From NCBI GenBank assembly GCA_963751275.1, contig CAVVTZ010000006.1, forward strand, positions 12,365 to 76,364: 64,000 nt of DNA. The letters run 5' to 3'. Position 1 is the first letter of the stretch. Every line of letters starts with the position of its first letter. Shown here one piece after another: positions 22,769 through 33,454 of this stretch. The position numbers and the translations under genes were made by a program. This stretch comes from an uncultured Gemmatimonadaceae bacterium (lineage in GTDB: Bacteria > Gemmatimonadota > Gemmatimonadetes > Gemmatimonadales > Gemmatimonadaceae). The notes under the pieces are model-generated. The model was given only the letters and a program-made list of their open reading frames with translations. It searched no databases and was not told where the DNA came from.

Positions 22769-23233
22769 ATGAAAACACTCATTATCGCGCTTGCCGCGCT
22801 CATGGGACTCCAGCAGTCGCCCCCGCCCAACGCCTGCGTGACCCTTCCACCCGCCGACATCGCCGCGGTCCTCGGCGCCGGGTGGGCCCAGACGCCGAGC
22901 ACCATGGCGACCCACATGCCGGACCTCGAGAGTTGCTCGTACACCAAGGGCGTCGGACAGATGGTCGCGTTCTCCATCCTTCGGCCCGCGGCCGGGAACG
23001 CGAAGAAGGATGTCGCGACCCGGCAGAAGAACGTGGCGGTGAAGCACAAGGTGACCGCGCTCCCGGATGTGTGCGAGGGCGGATTCTCCTACGCGACCAC
23101 GGCGACCGTCACCACGCTCGTGGCGGCGCAGGGCAAATGGGAGGTGCAGATCAACGTGATCATCGCGAACAAGCCGGACACCGCGTCCGAGCGGGCGCTG
23201 GCCGTGGCGGCGTGTGCGAGGCTGGCGTCGTGA
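22769..23233 (+). CDS. Secreted hypothetical protein
   Basis: Signal peptide MKTLIIALAALMG; four Cys; GC-rich third codon positions. Confidence 0.75.
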   Translation: MKTLIIALAALMGLQQSPPPNACVTLPPADIAAVLGAGWAQTPSTMATHMPDLESCSYTKGVGQMVAFSILRPAAGNAKKDVATRQKNVAVKHKVTALPDVCEGGFSYATTATVTTLVAAQGKWEVQINVIIANKPDTASERALAVAACARLAS

Positions 23234-24304
23234 ACGCGCGGGCGATCGTCTCGATCCTCGGCGTCGCTGCCTGCTCGGCGGCGCTGGGACGCGCAGGCGC
23301 CGGCGGTCGGTCACGAAGGCGACTACGTCGCCACCGATTTCCATTTCCGGTCGGGCGAGGTGCTGCCGAAGATGACCCTGCACTACATGACGTTCGGCAC
23401 GCCGCGGCACAATGCGAAGGGGATCGTCGACAATGCGGTGATGATCCTGCACGGGACCACGGGGTCCGGCAGGCAGTTCACGGGCCCGCAATTCGCGGGC
23501 GTGCTCTATGGGCCGGGGCAGCTGCTCGACACGTCGCGCTATTACGTGATCCTGCCCGACGGCATCGGCCACGGGAAGTCGAGCAAGCCCAGTGATGGGA
23601 TGCACGCGAAGTTCCCGCACTATGACTATGACGACATGGTGGCCGCGCAGCATTTGCTGCTGACCGAGGGGCTCAAGGTGGATCACTTGCGGTTGATCAT
23701 GGGCACGTCGATGGGCTGCATGCACGCGTGGGTGTGGGGGGAGACGTATCCCGATTTCATGGACGCACTGATGCCGCTCGCGTGCAACGTGGTGCAGATC
23801 GCGGGACGCAACCGCGTGGTGCGCGAGATGGCGATCGAAGCGATCGTGGAGGATCCGGCGTGGAAGGGCGGCGAGTATACCGGGCCGGTGCCGGGGATGA
23901 AGACGGCGATCGACATGCTGATGATCATGGGCAGCGCGCCGCTCTATTGGCAGAAGCAGTATCCGACGCGCGCGGCGGCGGATTCGTTCTACAATGCGTA
24001 CGTCGCGGCGCGGATCAACACACTGGACCCGAACGATTTCGTGTACGCCTTCCAGGCGTCGCGGAACTACGATCCGTCGCCGAACCTGGAGAAGGTGCGC
24101 GTGCCCGTGATGCAGGTGAACTCCGCGGATGACTTCATCAATCCGCCGGAGCTGGGATTGATGGACGTGATGATCAAGCGCGTGCCGAAGGGGAAGTTCG
24201 TCCTGCTGCCGGTGAGCGATGCCACACGCGGGCATGGGACGCACACGCTGCCGGCGATATGGAAACAGTACCTCGAGGAATTGCTTAGGGCATCGTCACG
24301 GTAA
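23230..24304 (+). CDS. Alpha/beta hydrolase, homoserine O-acetyltransferase (MetX)-like, with signal peptide (5' frameshift)
   Basis: ILHGTTG, GTSMG nucleophile elbow, SADDFINP, GHGTH; GTGA overlap at 23230. Confidence 0.85.
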
Positions 24305-24607
24305 GTGGCTGGGCGCGAGTCGCCCGAGCGGCCACAACTGCTTTTGACAGGATGAACATGATGGGCATGATGACTGCATGAGCGTGCAGTCATCATGACC
24401 ATCACGTTCATCCCGTCAAAAGTAGCGCTGCAACTCGGGCGACCCGGGACTCACGGTAAGTGGCTGGGCGCGGGTCGCCCGAGTGGCCACAACTGCTTTT
24501 GACAGGATGAACATGATGGGCACGACGACTGCACGAGCCGTGCAGTCATCATGACCATCACGTTCATCCTGTCAAAAGCAGTTGTGCCAACTTGGGCGAC
24601 CCAGGAC
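24296..24607. repeat. Tandem duplication of about 155 bp; each unit is a hairpin of GATG(A/G)(A/G)CAT-like 9-mers
   Basis: Units start tcacggtaagtggctgggcgcg at 24296 and 24451; each has ttttgacaggatgaacatgatgg...ccatcacgttcatcc(c/t)gtcaaaa. Confidence 0.92.
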
Positions 24608-24609
24608 CC

Positions 24610-25905
24610 CTATCTGACCGGCAACGTGGGTGAACCCGGCGAGAAGGCCATCCCCTGCGGCAGCGCGAGCGATCCGGCGTGCGCGGAGATCGTGACCGCC
24701 GGCGTCGGCGAGCCAGTTGATGCAAGCTGATTCGCGTTGTATTTCACGAGCGTATTCGCGAACCAGTTCGATGCCCAGAGCGCGCCGCTGTTGTCGAAGG
24801 CGAGCGCGACCGGCGCGCTGAGCGTCGCGCCGGTGATGATCACGGCGGGCACCGGGGCGCCGATGGTGGTGAGATCGCTGGCGTTGAATTTCACGATCGT
24901 GTCGGTGAGCGTGGACACCCAGAGATTCCCCTGCGCATCGAAGGCGAGGCCCAGGCAATCGCTCGTGCCCTTCGACCCGGCGATCGCCGCGTACGGCACC
25001 GGATCGCCGCCGGCGGCGAGCTGCGCCGCGGAGTACCCGACAATGGTGCTGTCACCGAAGTTCGTCACCCAGAGATTGCCGTGTGCGTCGAAGGCTGCCT
25101 GCCACGGCATCGAGAGCGTGCCGAAGATCTTGTTGACGATCACGGCGGGCGTCTGCGTGCCGCCGGCCGCGAGCTGTGCGGGCGTGAATTCGTTGAGCGT
25201 GGTGTAGTTCCGGTCGACCACCCACAGATCGCCGGCGTCATCGAACGCGAGTGCCTGCGCGGCGAGCAAGGCGGAGCTGGTGATGACCCGCGCCGGCGCC
25301 GCGTTCGTGGTGCTGGCGATCTGCGCCGCGGTGAAATACTTGATCGTCTCGCGATCCTCGACGACCCAAATGCCGCCGACGCTGTCGACGGCCACCGCGG
25401 TGGGCTGCGGCACGGTGCTGGTGGAGCCGCCGTTGCCGACGAGTACCGCCGGAGCCGGCGCGCCGGTAGCGGCGAGGTTCGCCGAGCTGAAGCCGGCGAT
25501 CACCTTGCCGGAGGGACTCGCGACCCAGAGCACGCCAGAACTGGCGCGCGGCGATGTGTAGGTGACCGTCGCCGTGGCCGTGACGCCGTTCGTGACGGAC
25601 GCGGGATTCCCGGTGACGGCGCCATTGTAGGCGACGCTGACGATCGCATCATTCGTCACGCCGGGCCCCGCGCTGATCTTGTACGTGCCGACCGGCAGCG
25701 CGGTGAGGGTCTGCGTGGCGGAGATGGTCTGCGCCGAGCTATCCGGCCCCGTGATGGTCACGCTCGGCGTGACGCCGGCGGGCGCCGTGATCGTGACCGT
25801 GAGCGAACCGGTGGGACCGGCGTTGGTCGAATCGCCCGAACTGCAAGCGATGACAAGGAAAGCAGCGCCGGCAAGGCGCCCGAGCGAGCGAATCGTGTGC
25901 CGCAT
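24610..25905 (-). CDS. NHL-repeat/beta-propeller lipoprotein, copy 2
   Basis: GGAGGA RBS; MRHTIRSLGRLAGAAFLVIAC lipobox; repeated AFDxxGxLWV. Confidence 0.85.
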   Translation of the reverse strand: MRHTIRSLGRLAGAAFLVIACSSGDSTNAGPTGSLTVTITAPAGVTPSVTITGPDSSAQTISATQTLTALPVGTYKISAGPGVTNDAIVSVAYNGAVTGNPASVTNGVTATATVTYTSPRASSGVLWVASPSGKVIAGFSSANLAATGAPAPAVLVGNGGSTSTVPQPTAVAVDSVGGIWVVEDRETIKYFTAAQIASTTNAAPARVITSSALLAAQALAFDDAGDLWVVDRNYTTLNEFTPAQLAAGGTQTPAVIVNKIFGTLSMPWQAAFDAHGNLWVTNFGDSTIVGYSAAQLAAGGDPVPYAAIAGSKGTSDCLGLAFDAQGNLWVSTLTDTIVKFNASDLTTIGAPVPAVIITGATLSAPVALAFDNSGALWASNWFANTLVKYNANQLASTGSPTPAVTISAHAGSLALPQGMAFSPGSPTLPVR

Positions 25906-26218
25906 CGTATGGCTCCTCCAGGCTACCGGAGCGACGAGCGGCGCCGAGACCGTCACCACGCAAACGACAACGACTTCCACGAATGCCGGCGAAATGCGGA
26001 TCAGCGAATCGCTCCTCCTGCATATGGTGCCACGCGCCGGCGTCGGCGCTGTGTCCTTGTTGTTGACAACACAACACGACCTGACGTCAGCGCAGGGCGC
26101 CCCGTACGCCACCCTGAACGATCCGCGTGATCCGCCGCATTCCGCGTGATCCGCGTGCAAGCCGTTGTCGTTAGGCCAAGAAATGCGTGTCTGGCGTCTG
26201 GCGTCTAGTACGGCACCA

Positions 26219-26749
26219 TCAACAAATGCCGGTCGGGGCCTTTCCGGTCGCGCGCCAGGCATCGAGGAACTTGCCGCTCCAGTTCCCTTCCTCGCTGCCG
26301 TCGGGCTTCGAGATCATCCAGTCGATGATCTCCCCCTGCGGCACGGTGTACGGCTGCCGGAGCTGGTAGCCCTTCACGATGGTGATCTGGTTCCAGATGC
26401 GCCCGTACACATCGGTCTTGCCGATGCTGTCTACCGCGACGAACACCTGCTCGAACTTCCCCGTGCTGTCGTGCAGCACGGTCACGACGAACAACGATTG
26501 ACCCTCGGGCAGTCCCGCCTTGAATCGCTGGGCCGCGCCGGGAAATGCCGCGCGCGCCTTGGTGACGCAGGGCGCGAGCATCTTTCCCATCGCCGAGACG
26601 CTCCCCGCCGTCGCTCCGACCGGTTCGTCCGTGGGCGCATTGTCGGCGAGCGCCGGCTCCGGCACCACCGCCGGCGCCGGCGCCGGCTTGGCGGTCGTGC
26701 ACGCGGCGGCGATCGCGAGCAGCGGTACGAGCAGGACGGACCGGTACAT
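26219..26749 (-). CDS. DUF2314/YegJ-like lipoprotein
   Basis: Lipobox AAAC; EQVFV, GRIWN, IIDWM, EGNWS. Confidence 0.7.
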   Translation of the reverse strand: MYRSVLLVPLLAIAAACTTAKPAPAPAVVPEPALADNAPTDEPVGATAGSVSAMGKMLAPCVTKARAAFPGAAQRFKAGLPEGQSLFVVTVLHDSTGKFEQVFVAVDSIGKTDVYGRIWNQITIVKGYQLRQPYTVPQGEIIDWMISKPDGSEEGNWSGKFLDAWRATGKAPTGIC

Positions 26750-26825
26750 CCGATGCCTCCGTTTCGAGTGCCGAGCGCCGACCGGCGAAAGCCGAGCGGC
26801 GAGTCGGTGGGATACATTACCTCCC

Positions 26826-28026
26826 ATGCCCGACCTCTCGCCAAATGTCATGTATGTCCTGCTCATCTTCGGGATCTTCATCGTCTCGCGGTATCTCGAG
26901 CGATTCCGGATCCCGAGCGCGATCACCTGCGTGGCGATCGGCGTGGCGCTGGGCATCGGCGCCGGCGCGTTCACCAACGCGGCCACGGTCAAGATCTTCG
27001 CCGTGCTCGGCATCGTGTCGCTCTTCCTGTTCGCCGGGATGGAGGTCGATCTCGAGGAATTGAGACGGGGACGCGCGATCCTCGCGCAACATCTCGTGAT
27101 CCGCGCGGGGGTGATCGCCGGCGCGACGATGCTCATCCAGCGCTTCCTCGGCCTCGACCTGCGCGCGGCGGTGCTCGTCGCGCTGGCGCTGCTCACGCCG
27201 TCCACGGGATTCATCCTCTCGTCGCTCGCGTCGCTCGACCTGAGCGATGCCGAGCGGTTCTGGATCAAGTCGAAGGCGATCGCGACCGAGATCGTCGCGC
27301 TCGCGGCGCTGTTCATCGCGCTGCAATCCACGTCGCCGGAAACGCTCGGACTGTCGGTCGTGGCGCTGCTGCTCATGATCCTGCTGCTGCCGGTGATCTT
27401 CAAGAATGTTCGCGCGCGCGATCCTGCCATATGCGCCGAACACCGAGTTCGCCTTCCTGGTGATCGTCGCGCTCTTGTGCGCCTCGCTCACGAAGAAGCT
27501 GGGCGTGTACTATCTGGTGGGCGCGTTCGTGGTGGGCGTCACGGAACAGCGCCTGCGGTCGGAGCTGCCGGCGCTCGCCACCGATGGGCTGATGCGCGCG
27601 GTGGAGCTGTTCGCGTCGTTCTTCATTCCGTTCTATTTCCTGGAGGCCGGGCTCACGCTGACGCGGGAGAATTTCTCGCCGGCGGCGTTCGAGCTCGCCG
27701 GGATCTTCATCGTCTGCGCGCTCCCCGCGCAGATGGTGATCGTGGCGCTGCACCGGCGGATCGCGCTCAAGGAGCCGCTGCGCGCCGGGTTCAAGGTGGG
27801 CGCGTCGCTGCTGCCAACGCTCGTCTTCTCGATGGTGCTCGCGGGGATCCTGCGGGACCGCTTCGCGGCGACGCCGGCGTTGGTCGGTGCGATCATCATC
27901 TACGCGCTGGTCAACACGTTGCTCCCGGGGATCTTCCTGCGCACGCCGGTGCCGGACTACGATTCACCGGTGGTGCCGCGGCAGACCGTCGAGATGTCAG
28001 TGCGGGAACACGACGCAGTGCGATAG
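26826..28026 (+). CDS. Cation:proton antiporter, CPA2-like (frameshift near 27405)
   Basis: LGIVSLFLFAGMEVD, LVGAFVVG, FFIPFYF; many TM helices. Confidence 0.85.
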
Positions 28027-28048
28027 CCAGGGCAACTGCCGATCCGAT

Positions 28049-30709
28049 CTACTTCTGCGCCCTCGCCTTGAGTTCCTCGAACCAATGCTCGGTGACCACG
28101 AGCAGGCCCGACTCCCCCGCCGTCGTCTCGCGCATCATCAGGAAGTGTTTGTCGTCGGGCGATACCGAGTAGAGCGGCACCGGACCGGCGGAGACGAACG
28201 GCGTGAGCGAAAAGAGGACGTGTTGTTCGCCCACCGAGAACGTCGGCTCGGTGCTGATCGAGGCCGCCACGAGGTCGCCGTGATTGTTGCGGAAGAATAA
28301 TTCCTTCCCGGTGTGGGACCAGAGCGGCGCCGTGCCGCCGGCGGTGGACACCTGCCACCGCGCCGACGACACGTTCGGGAATGGCCGCACATACGTCTCG
28401 AACACCCCCGACTCATCCGACGAGTACGCGAGCCATTTCCCGTCGGGGGAAACAGCGGGCAATGTCTCGCGCGCCGGCGAATTCACGAGCGGCACCAGTG
28501 CAGTGTCGCCTGGATGGACGCCGTAGATGTCCCCGTTACCCGTCTCGCCGAAGACGCGCCGCGCGATCAGCCACTTGCCATCCGGCGACATGAGAACCTG
28601 GCCGAAGGCGATCTTCGGCGGCAGCAAGCGCGTCGCCGCGCCAATGCCATCCGCGCGTTTCACGGTGGGTACGCCACCGCCATCGCCCCGGTCGGCCAGG
28701 AAAAGGACGTCCGTGCCGTTGGGCATCCAGGATGGGCGCACGAACGCCGTATCGCCGAAGGTGATCCGGGAGAACGGCCCGCCATTCAACTGTTTCACCC
28801 AGATGTCCGACTTGGCACCGCGAGAAAGCTCCACGGCGATCGACTTGCCGTTCGGCGAGAGCGAGAGCGCATTGATCGTGCCCTCCATCTTCCAGGTGGA
28901 GTCCGCGCGGCTCGGGAGGCCTTCGCGCGTCACCCAGACCACCTCACGATCGGACGCCTGGCTCGCCGTCTGATACACCAGCGTGCCCGTCGATGAGATC
29001 CCCACCGCCGCCGCGTACGGACTCGGCTCGAGCCCCTCATAGAGCGCGACCGGCGGACCCGTCAGCTCCATCTTTCCCGGATCGAAGGGGATGATCAGCA
29101 GTTTTCCATCGCCGGTGATCACAACCAGATGGCCGCTTGGCGAGTAGCGCGCGTATACGCCGCGGATGAGCGGGCGCGCCTTTCCCGTCGGCAGGGGCTG
29201 CACCATGATATCGAAATCCAGCGGACTCTGTCCTTCGCGCCGAACGCGGAAGAGCAGTCCCTTCGCACCAGGCAGAACGAACGGCCATTCCGCGCCGAGG
29301 ATCTTCTCGCCCGCGGGAAATACGTAGACGTGCTCCGACTTCCCGCCCGTTGCGCGGATCCGGTCGATCCCCGAATCCACTTCGAAATAGACGTAACCGT
29401 CGCTGCCCCAATCGGCGGCCGTGGCGTTCGCACTGTCGGTGAGCGAGAGCGGCGAGCCGCCCTCGAGCGGCAGGATGCGGATCGTCTTCCCGTCCTTGAC
29501 GAATCCGAGCTGGCGGCCGTCGGGGGAGAAGAACGGACTCACGGCGCCCTCCGTTCCCGCGATGGGGGTCGGGCGGATCTGATCGGCTTCCTTGATCCAG
29601 AGCCGCGTCGTCCCCTCGCCGCGGCCGGTGTAGACAATGCGCTTTCCATCGGGCGAGATGGCGACGCGCCCGCCGAGCGCGCCGGCACTCACGGCCTCAG
29701 CGGGCCGCAGGAAGACTGCGTAGCGATTCGTGAACGGGTGCGGCGAGGGACGGAACCATCCCCAGGCCGCGAGCGCGGCGAGCAGGACGATCGCGGCGGC
29801 AGCAAAGAGCCGCGGCTTCTTCGACGCCGGCGCCGCGGCGGTCGCGAACCCGGTGCCCGACGTCATGCTCGCGGTGACGGGTTCGCTCAGCGCTTTCACG
29901 AACGCGTCGGCGGTCGGGAATCGGTCGGCGGGAAGTTTTGCGAGCGCGCGGTGCACGGCGAGCTCGACATTGAGCGGCACCGAGCGGCGTCGCGCGGTGA
30001 TGCGCTCGGGCTCCTTCGTGACGACGGCCGCGATCACCGCCTGCACCGTGGGCCCCGTGTGCGGCGGCTCGCCGACGAGCATCTCGTACAGCAGACATCC
30101 GAGCGAATAGACATCCGCGCGCGCATCGAGCGTGCGCTCGCCGGTTGCCTGCTCGGGGCTCATGTAGCCGGGCGTGCCCAGCGAGAGTCCCGTCTCGGTC
30201 ATGCGATTGCCGCCGGCGTGCGTCACCGCGAGCGCGATGCCGAAGTCGGCGACGAGCGCCTGCCCGTCCTGCAGCAGCACGTTCTCGGGCTTGATGTCGC
30301 GGTGGATCACGCCGTGGCGATGCGCGAAGTCCAGCGCGCCGCCGATCTCCTTCGCGAGGCGCACGGCGTCGTCCACCGGGAGTTGATGCTCGCGCTTGAG
30401 CCGGTCGCGGAGCGATTCGCCCTCGACGTAGGGCATCACGTAGAAGAGGAAGCCGTCCGCCTGCCCCGAATCGAACAGCGGCAGGATGTGCGAATGCTGC
30501 AACGCCGCCGTGGTCTTGATCTCCGCGAGGAACCGGTCGGCGCCAATGACGGCGGCGAGCTCGGGGCGCAGCACCTTGAGCGCGACCTTGCGATCGTGCT
30601 TCAGGTCGTGCGCGAGATACACCGTGGCCATGCCGCCGGCGCCCAATTCGCGCTCGAGACGGTACCGGTCGGCGAGCGCGGCGATGAGACGTTCGGGTGC
30701 GTCGGGCAA
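28049..30709 (-). CDS. Ser/Thr protein kinase with TM helix and TolB-like (PD40) propeller
   Basis: Full kinase motif set and repeated SPDGK units; TTG start at 30709 with GAGGT RBS. Confidence 0.93.
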   Translation of the reverse strand: MPDAPERLIAALADRYRLERELGAGGMATVYLAHDLKHDRKVALKVLRPELAAVIGADRFLAEIKTTAALQHSHILPLFDSGQADGFLFYVMPYVEGESLRDRLKREHQLPVDDAVRLAKEIGGALDFAHRHGVIHRDIKPENVLLQDGQALVADFGIALAVTHAGGNRMTETGLSLGTPGYMSPEQATGERTLDARADVYSLGCLLYEMLVGEPPHTGPTVQAVIAAVVTKEPERITARRRSVPLNVELAVHRALAKLPADRFPTADAFVKALSEPVTASMTSGTGFATAAAPASKKPRLFAAAAIVLLAALAAWGWFRPSPHPFTNRYAVFLRPAEAVSAGALGGRVAISPDGKRIVYTGRGEGTTRLWIKEADQIRPTPIAGTEGAVSPFFSPDGRQLGFVKDGKTIRILPLEGGSPLSLTDSANATAADWGSDGYVYFEVDSGIDRIRATGGKSEHVYVFPAGEKILGAEWPFVLPGAKGLLFRVRREGQSPLDFDIMVQPLPTGKARPLIRGVYARYSPSGHLVVITGDGKLLIIPFDPGKMELTGPPVALYEGLEPSPYAAAVGISSTGTLVYQTASQASDREVVWVTREGLPSRADSTWKMEGTINALSLSPNGKSIAVELSRGAKSDIWVKQLNGGPFSRITFGDTAFVRPSWMPNGTDVLFLADRGDGGGVPTVKRADGIGAATRLLPPKIAFGQVLMSPDGKWLIARRVFGETGNGDIYGVHPGDTALVPLVNSPARETLPAVSPDGKWLAYSSDESGVFETYVRPFPNVSSARWQVSTAGGTAPLWSHTGKELFFRNNHGDLVAASISTEPTFSVGEQHVLFSLTPFVSAGPVPLYSVSPDDKHFLMMRETTAGESGLLVVTEHWFEELKARAQK

Positions 30710-30803
30710 TGGACCTCGAAAGACAGATGGGCAGACTTGGACGCTGGACAACGGCGGGGAAGTTACGAGGGGGAGAGCGAGTCCGCGAGGGCGATCAGCG
30801 TGG

Positions 30804-30989
30804 GGCGCGTGTGGGCACTAGTACCTCTGTAAGGGCGCGTCTGGTAGGCAGCGTGTGGTACTGCGCTGCGGGAGTAGCTGCGGCCACCTTCCTCCCACTC
30901 CCCAGACGCGCCCCCTCACTCCCGCCATGCCGTACCACACGCTGCCTACCACACGCGCCCTCACAGCGGTACTAGTGCCCACACGCGCC
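30804..30989. repeat. MITE/REP-like palindromic element, copy 1
   Basis: Arms ggcgcgtgtgggcactagtac... / ...gtactagtgcccacacgcgcc; homologous to copies at 41667 and 44543. Confidence 0.88.
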
Positions 30990-31083
30990 GTTACAGGGAA
31001 CGAAGTGTGCCTTGCCATTGGACCGGATTCGCGTTACTCAGGGTGAGACCGCCGCAGCAGACCACCCGCCCCGGAGGCCCCTG

Positions 31084-33297
31084 ATGCCGTCAGCTCAGCA
31101 GACGCTCATCGCCGTCCCCCTCGCCGTCATCGCCACCGCCGCCGCGACCTGGGCCATCGAGCCCGCCGCGACGCTCACCGCGGCGCCACCCGGCGAACTC
31201 AGCGGGTGGGTGGATCTGCACACGCACCCCATGGTCAATCTCGCGTTCAGCGGGAAGCTCGTGTACGGCGGCGTCGATGTCGGCTCGCTCATGCCGGCCG
31301 GACGTGCATTGCAATCACAACGTGCGCGCGTCGAGCTGGCAGGAGGCGCTCAGCGATGACCGCGCTGACGCGAGCGGGCCGAACCTGTTCGACAACGGGT
31401 GCGGCGACGAGATCCGGAAGGCCGTGATCCAGGCGTTGCAGTCGGCGAACGATGCGCTCTCGACGCCGGACCACGCGCGCGGCGCCGACGACTTCGCGAG
31501 CTGGCCCGCGTGGAACGACATCACGCACCAGAAGATGTGGGTGGACTGGATCCGCCGCGCGCATGACGGCGGCCAGCGCGTGATGGTCGCGCTCGCCGTG
31601 AACAACAAGACGCTGGCCGATGCCCTCGCGGGGCCGGGCGATTTCGCGACGGATGACAAGTCGTCCACGGATCTGCAGATCACGGAGATGAAGGCCTTCG
31701 TCGGCCGGCACAACGACTTCATGGAAGTCGCGTACAGCCCCGCCGACCTGCACCGCATCGTCTCCGCGAACAAGCTCGCGGTGATCATCGGCGTGGAGGT
31801 GGACAACTTCGGGAACTTCAACACGGATCCCGGCGTGAACGAGCAAAAGGTGAGCGACGAGATCGACCGCCTCTACGGCGAGGGCGTGCGCTACATCTTC
31901 CCGATCCACGTGCTCGACAACGTATTCGGCGGCACGGCCGTCTACACCGGCGGGTTCAACCTCTCGAATTACCGCGAAGAGGGGCACTTCTGGGATCTCA
32001 CGTGCTCGCACAACGGCGAGCAGATCACCTACAAGTACACGGCGGACGGATTCGACGTCGCGGTGGCGGCGGTGAAGGCGATCAAGCTGGGCATGGACAT
32101 CGCGCGCAATCCGCCCACGCCGCCCACCTGCCCCGCCGGCACGGGTCACGTGAACACGCGCGGGCTCACGGCGCTCGGCACGTACGCGATCAACACGATC
32201 ATGAAGAAGGGAATGCTCATCGACATCGACCACATGTCGCGGCTTAGCGCCGACTCCAGCGATCAAGCTCGCGGAGGCGGTGCCGGAGGGCGGCTATCCC
32301 CTGATCTCCGGGCACAACGGCATGCGCGGACGCATGGGCCAGAATTCCGAGAACGCGCGCACATCGGCGCAGTTCGAGCAAGATCGTCGCGCTGCATGGG
32401 ATGTTCGGCCTCGGCACCGCGCACCAGAATGCCTACCAGTGGATCGGCAACTATGCGGCCGCGGTGTACGTGACGCGAACGCCGGGCGCCGTGGCGATGG
32501 GGACGGACCTGAACGGACTGGTCGTGGCGCCGGGCCCGCGCGCCGGCTCGCACGTCGCGTACAGCTCGAGCAATCCGATGAGCAGCCTGGGCGGAAAGCA
32601 GTGGAATTACAACACGGACGGCGTGGCGCACTACGGCATGCTCGCGGACTTCCTGCAGGACGCGCGCTCGGCGCCGGGCGGCAACGACATGATCAACAAC
32701 TATCTGATGCACAGCGCCGAGTATTTCTATCAGATGTGGCTGCGCGCGGAGACGCAGATGAACAACGTGGGCAAGTCGCCGACCGTTGCGATGGCGCAGC
32801 GGGTTCCGGTGGCGGTGGTGGCGGCGGGACCGATCGCGCAGCAGAACGCCGGAGCGGTCAAGACCAACGCGCCGACGATGAACAAGCAGGTGGTGGCGCA
32901 GCCGGTGAACAAGGGCGCGGTGGCGGTGAATGCGCCGCCGACGGCGGCGGCGTCCGCCGCGACGATGAAGGCCGCGCCGGTGGGTGTCGTGGCCGCAGGC
33001 GCGACGGCCAAGCCGCAGCTCAAGCTGCGGATCTCGCAGGGGCCGGGCACGTCACAGGGGACGTGGTACGTGATCGTGACCGCCGTCGATTCCGTGACGG
33101 GCGCGATGCACGCCGGGACGATCCAGATCAATGGCGTGAAGGGAACGACGGGACAGCGCGTCCAGTTCAAGGAGTGCACGACTACCACCGCCGCGAATCC
33201 GAACCAACCGCCACGGATCAGCCCGGCGAAGTGTCAGGGGGCGGTGGCGGTGGCGAGCTATCCGACTGCCGCTTTCTTCGCGGGACCGGGGAACTGA
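31084..33297 (+). CDS. Secreted membrane-dipeptidase (M19)-like amidohydrolase, frameshifted
   Basis: DLHTHP, IGVEVD, PIHVLDN, IDIDHMS, ISGH, GTDLNG; low-complexity linker and small C-terminal domain. Confidence 0.78.
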
Positions 33298-33319
33298 CTA
33301 CCGACGACAAGGGCAACGA

Positions 33320-33434
33320 CCGGGAACCGATTACCGGGAACCGGTGAGGCATGACAACGACATGGTATACGACTGTGCGGAGTCGTAGACCATGTGTTGT
33401 CATGCCACACCGGTTCCCGGTAATCGGTTCCCGG
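33320..33434. repeat. Long hairpin between convergent genes; possible bidirectional terminator
   Basis: ccgggaaccgattaccgggaaccggtg ... caccggttcccggtaatcggttcccgg, with pairing continuing inward. Confidence 0.88.
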
Positions 33435-33454
33435 CTTGCAGTTATCTCCAGCGC

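Noticed and set aside
24296..24607. Possible CRISPR array
   Set aside because: Only two units of about 155 bp, no unique spacers, and no cas genes in the window.
26019..26032. sigma54 promoter upstream of NHL lipoprotein copy 2
   Set aside because: GG-to-GC spacing is 8 nt rather than the required 10.
26121..26157. ATCCGCGTG-like 9-mer run as a distinct element
   Set aside because: Only about four degenerate units and no complementary arm; too weak to call.
30804..30989. tRNA, riboswitch or autonomous IS
   Set aside because: No cloverleaf or known aptamer motif was recognised and there is no transposase ORF; kept only as a repeat family.
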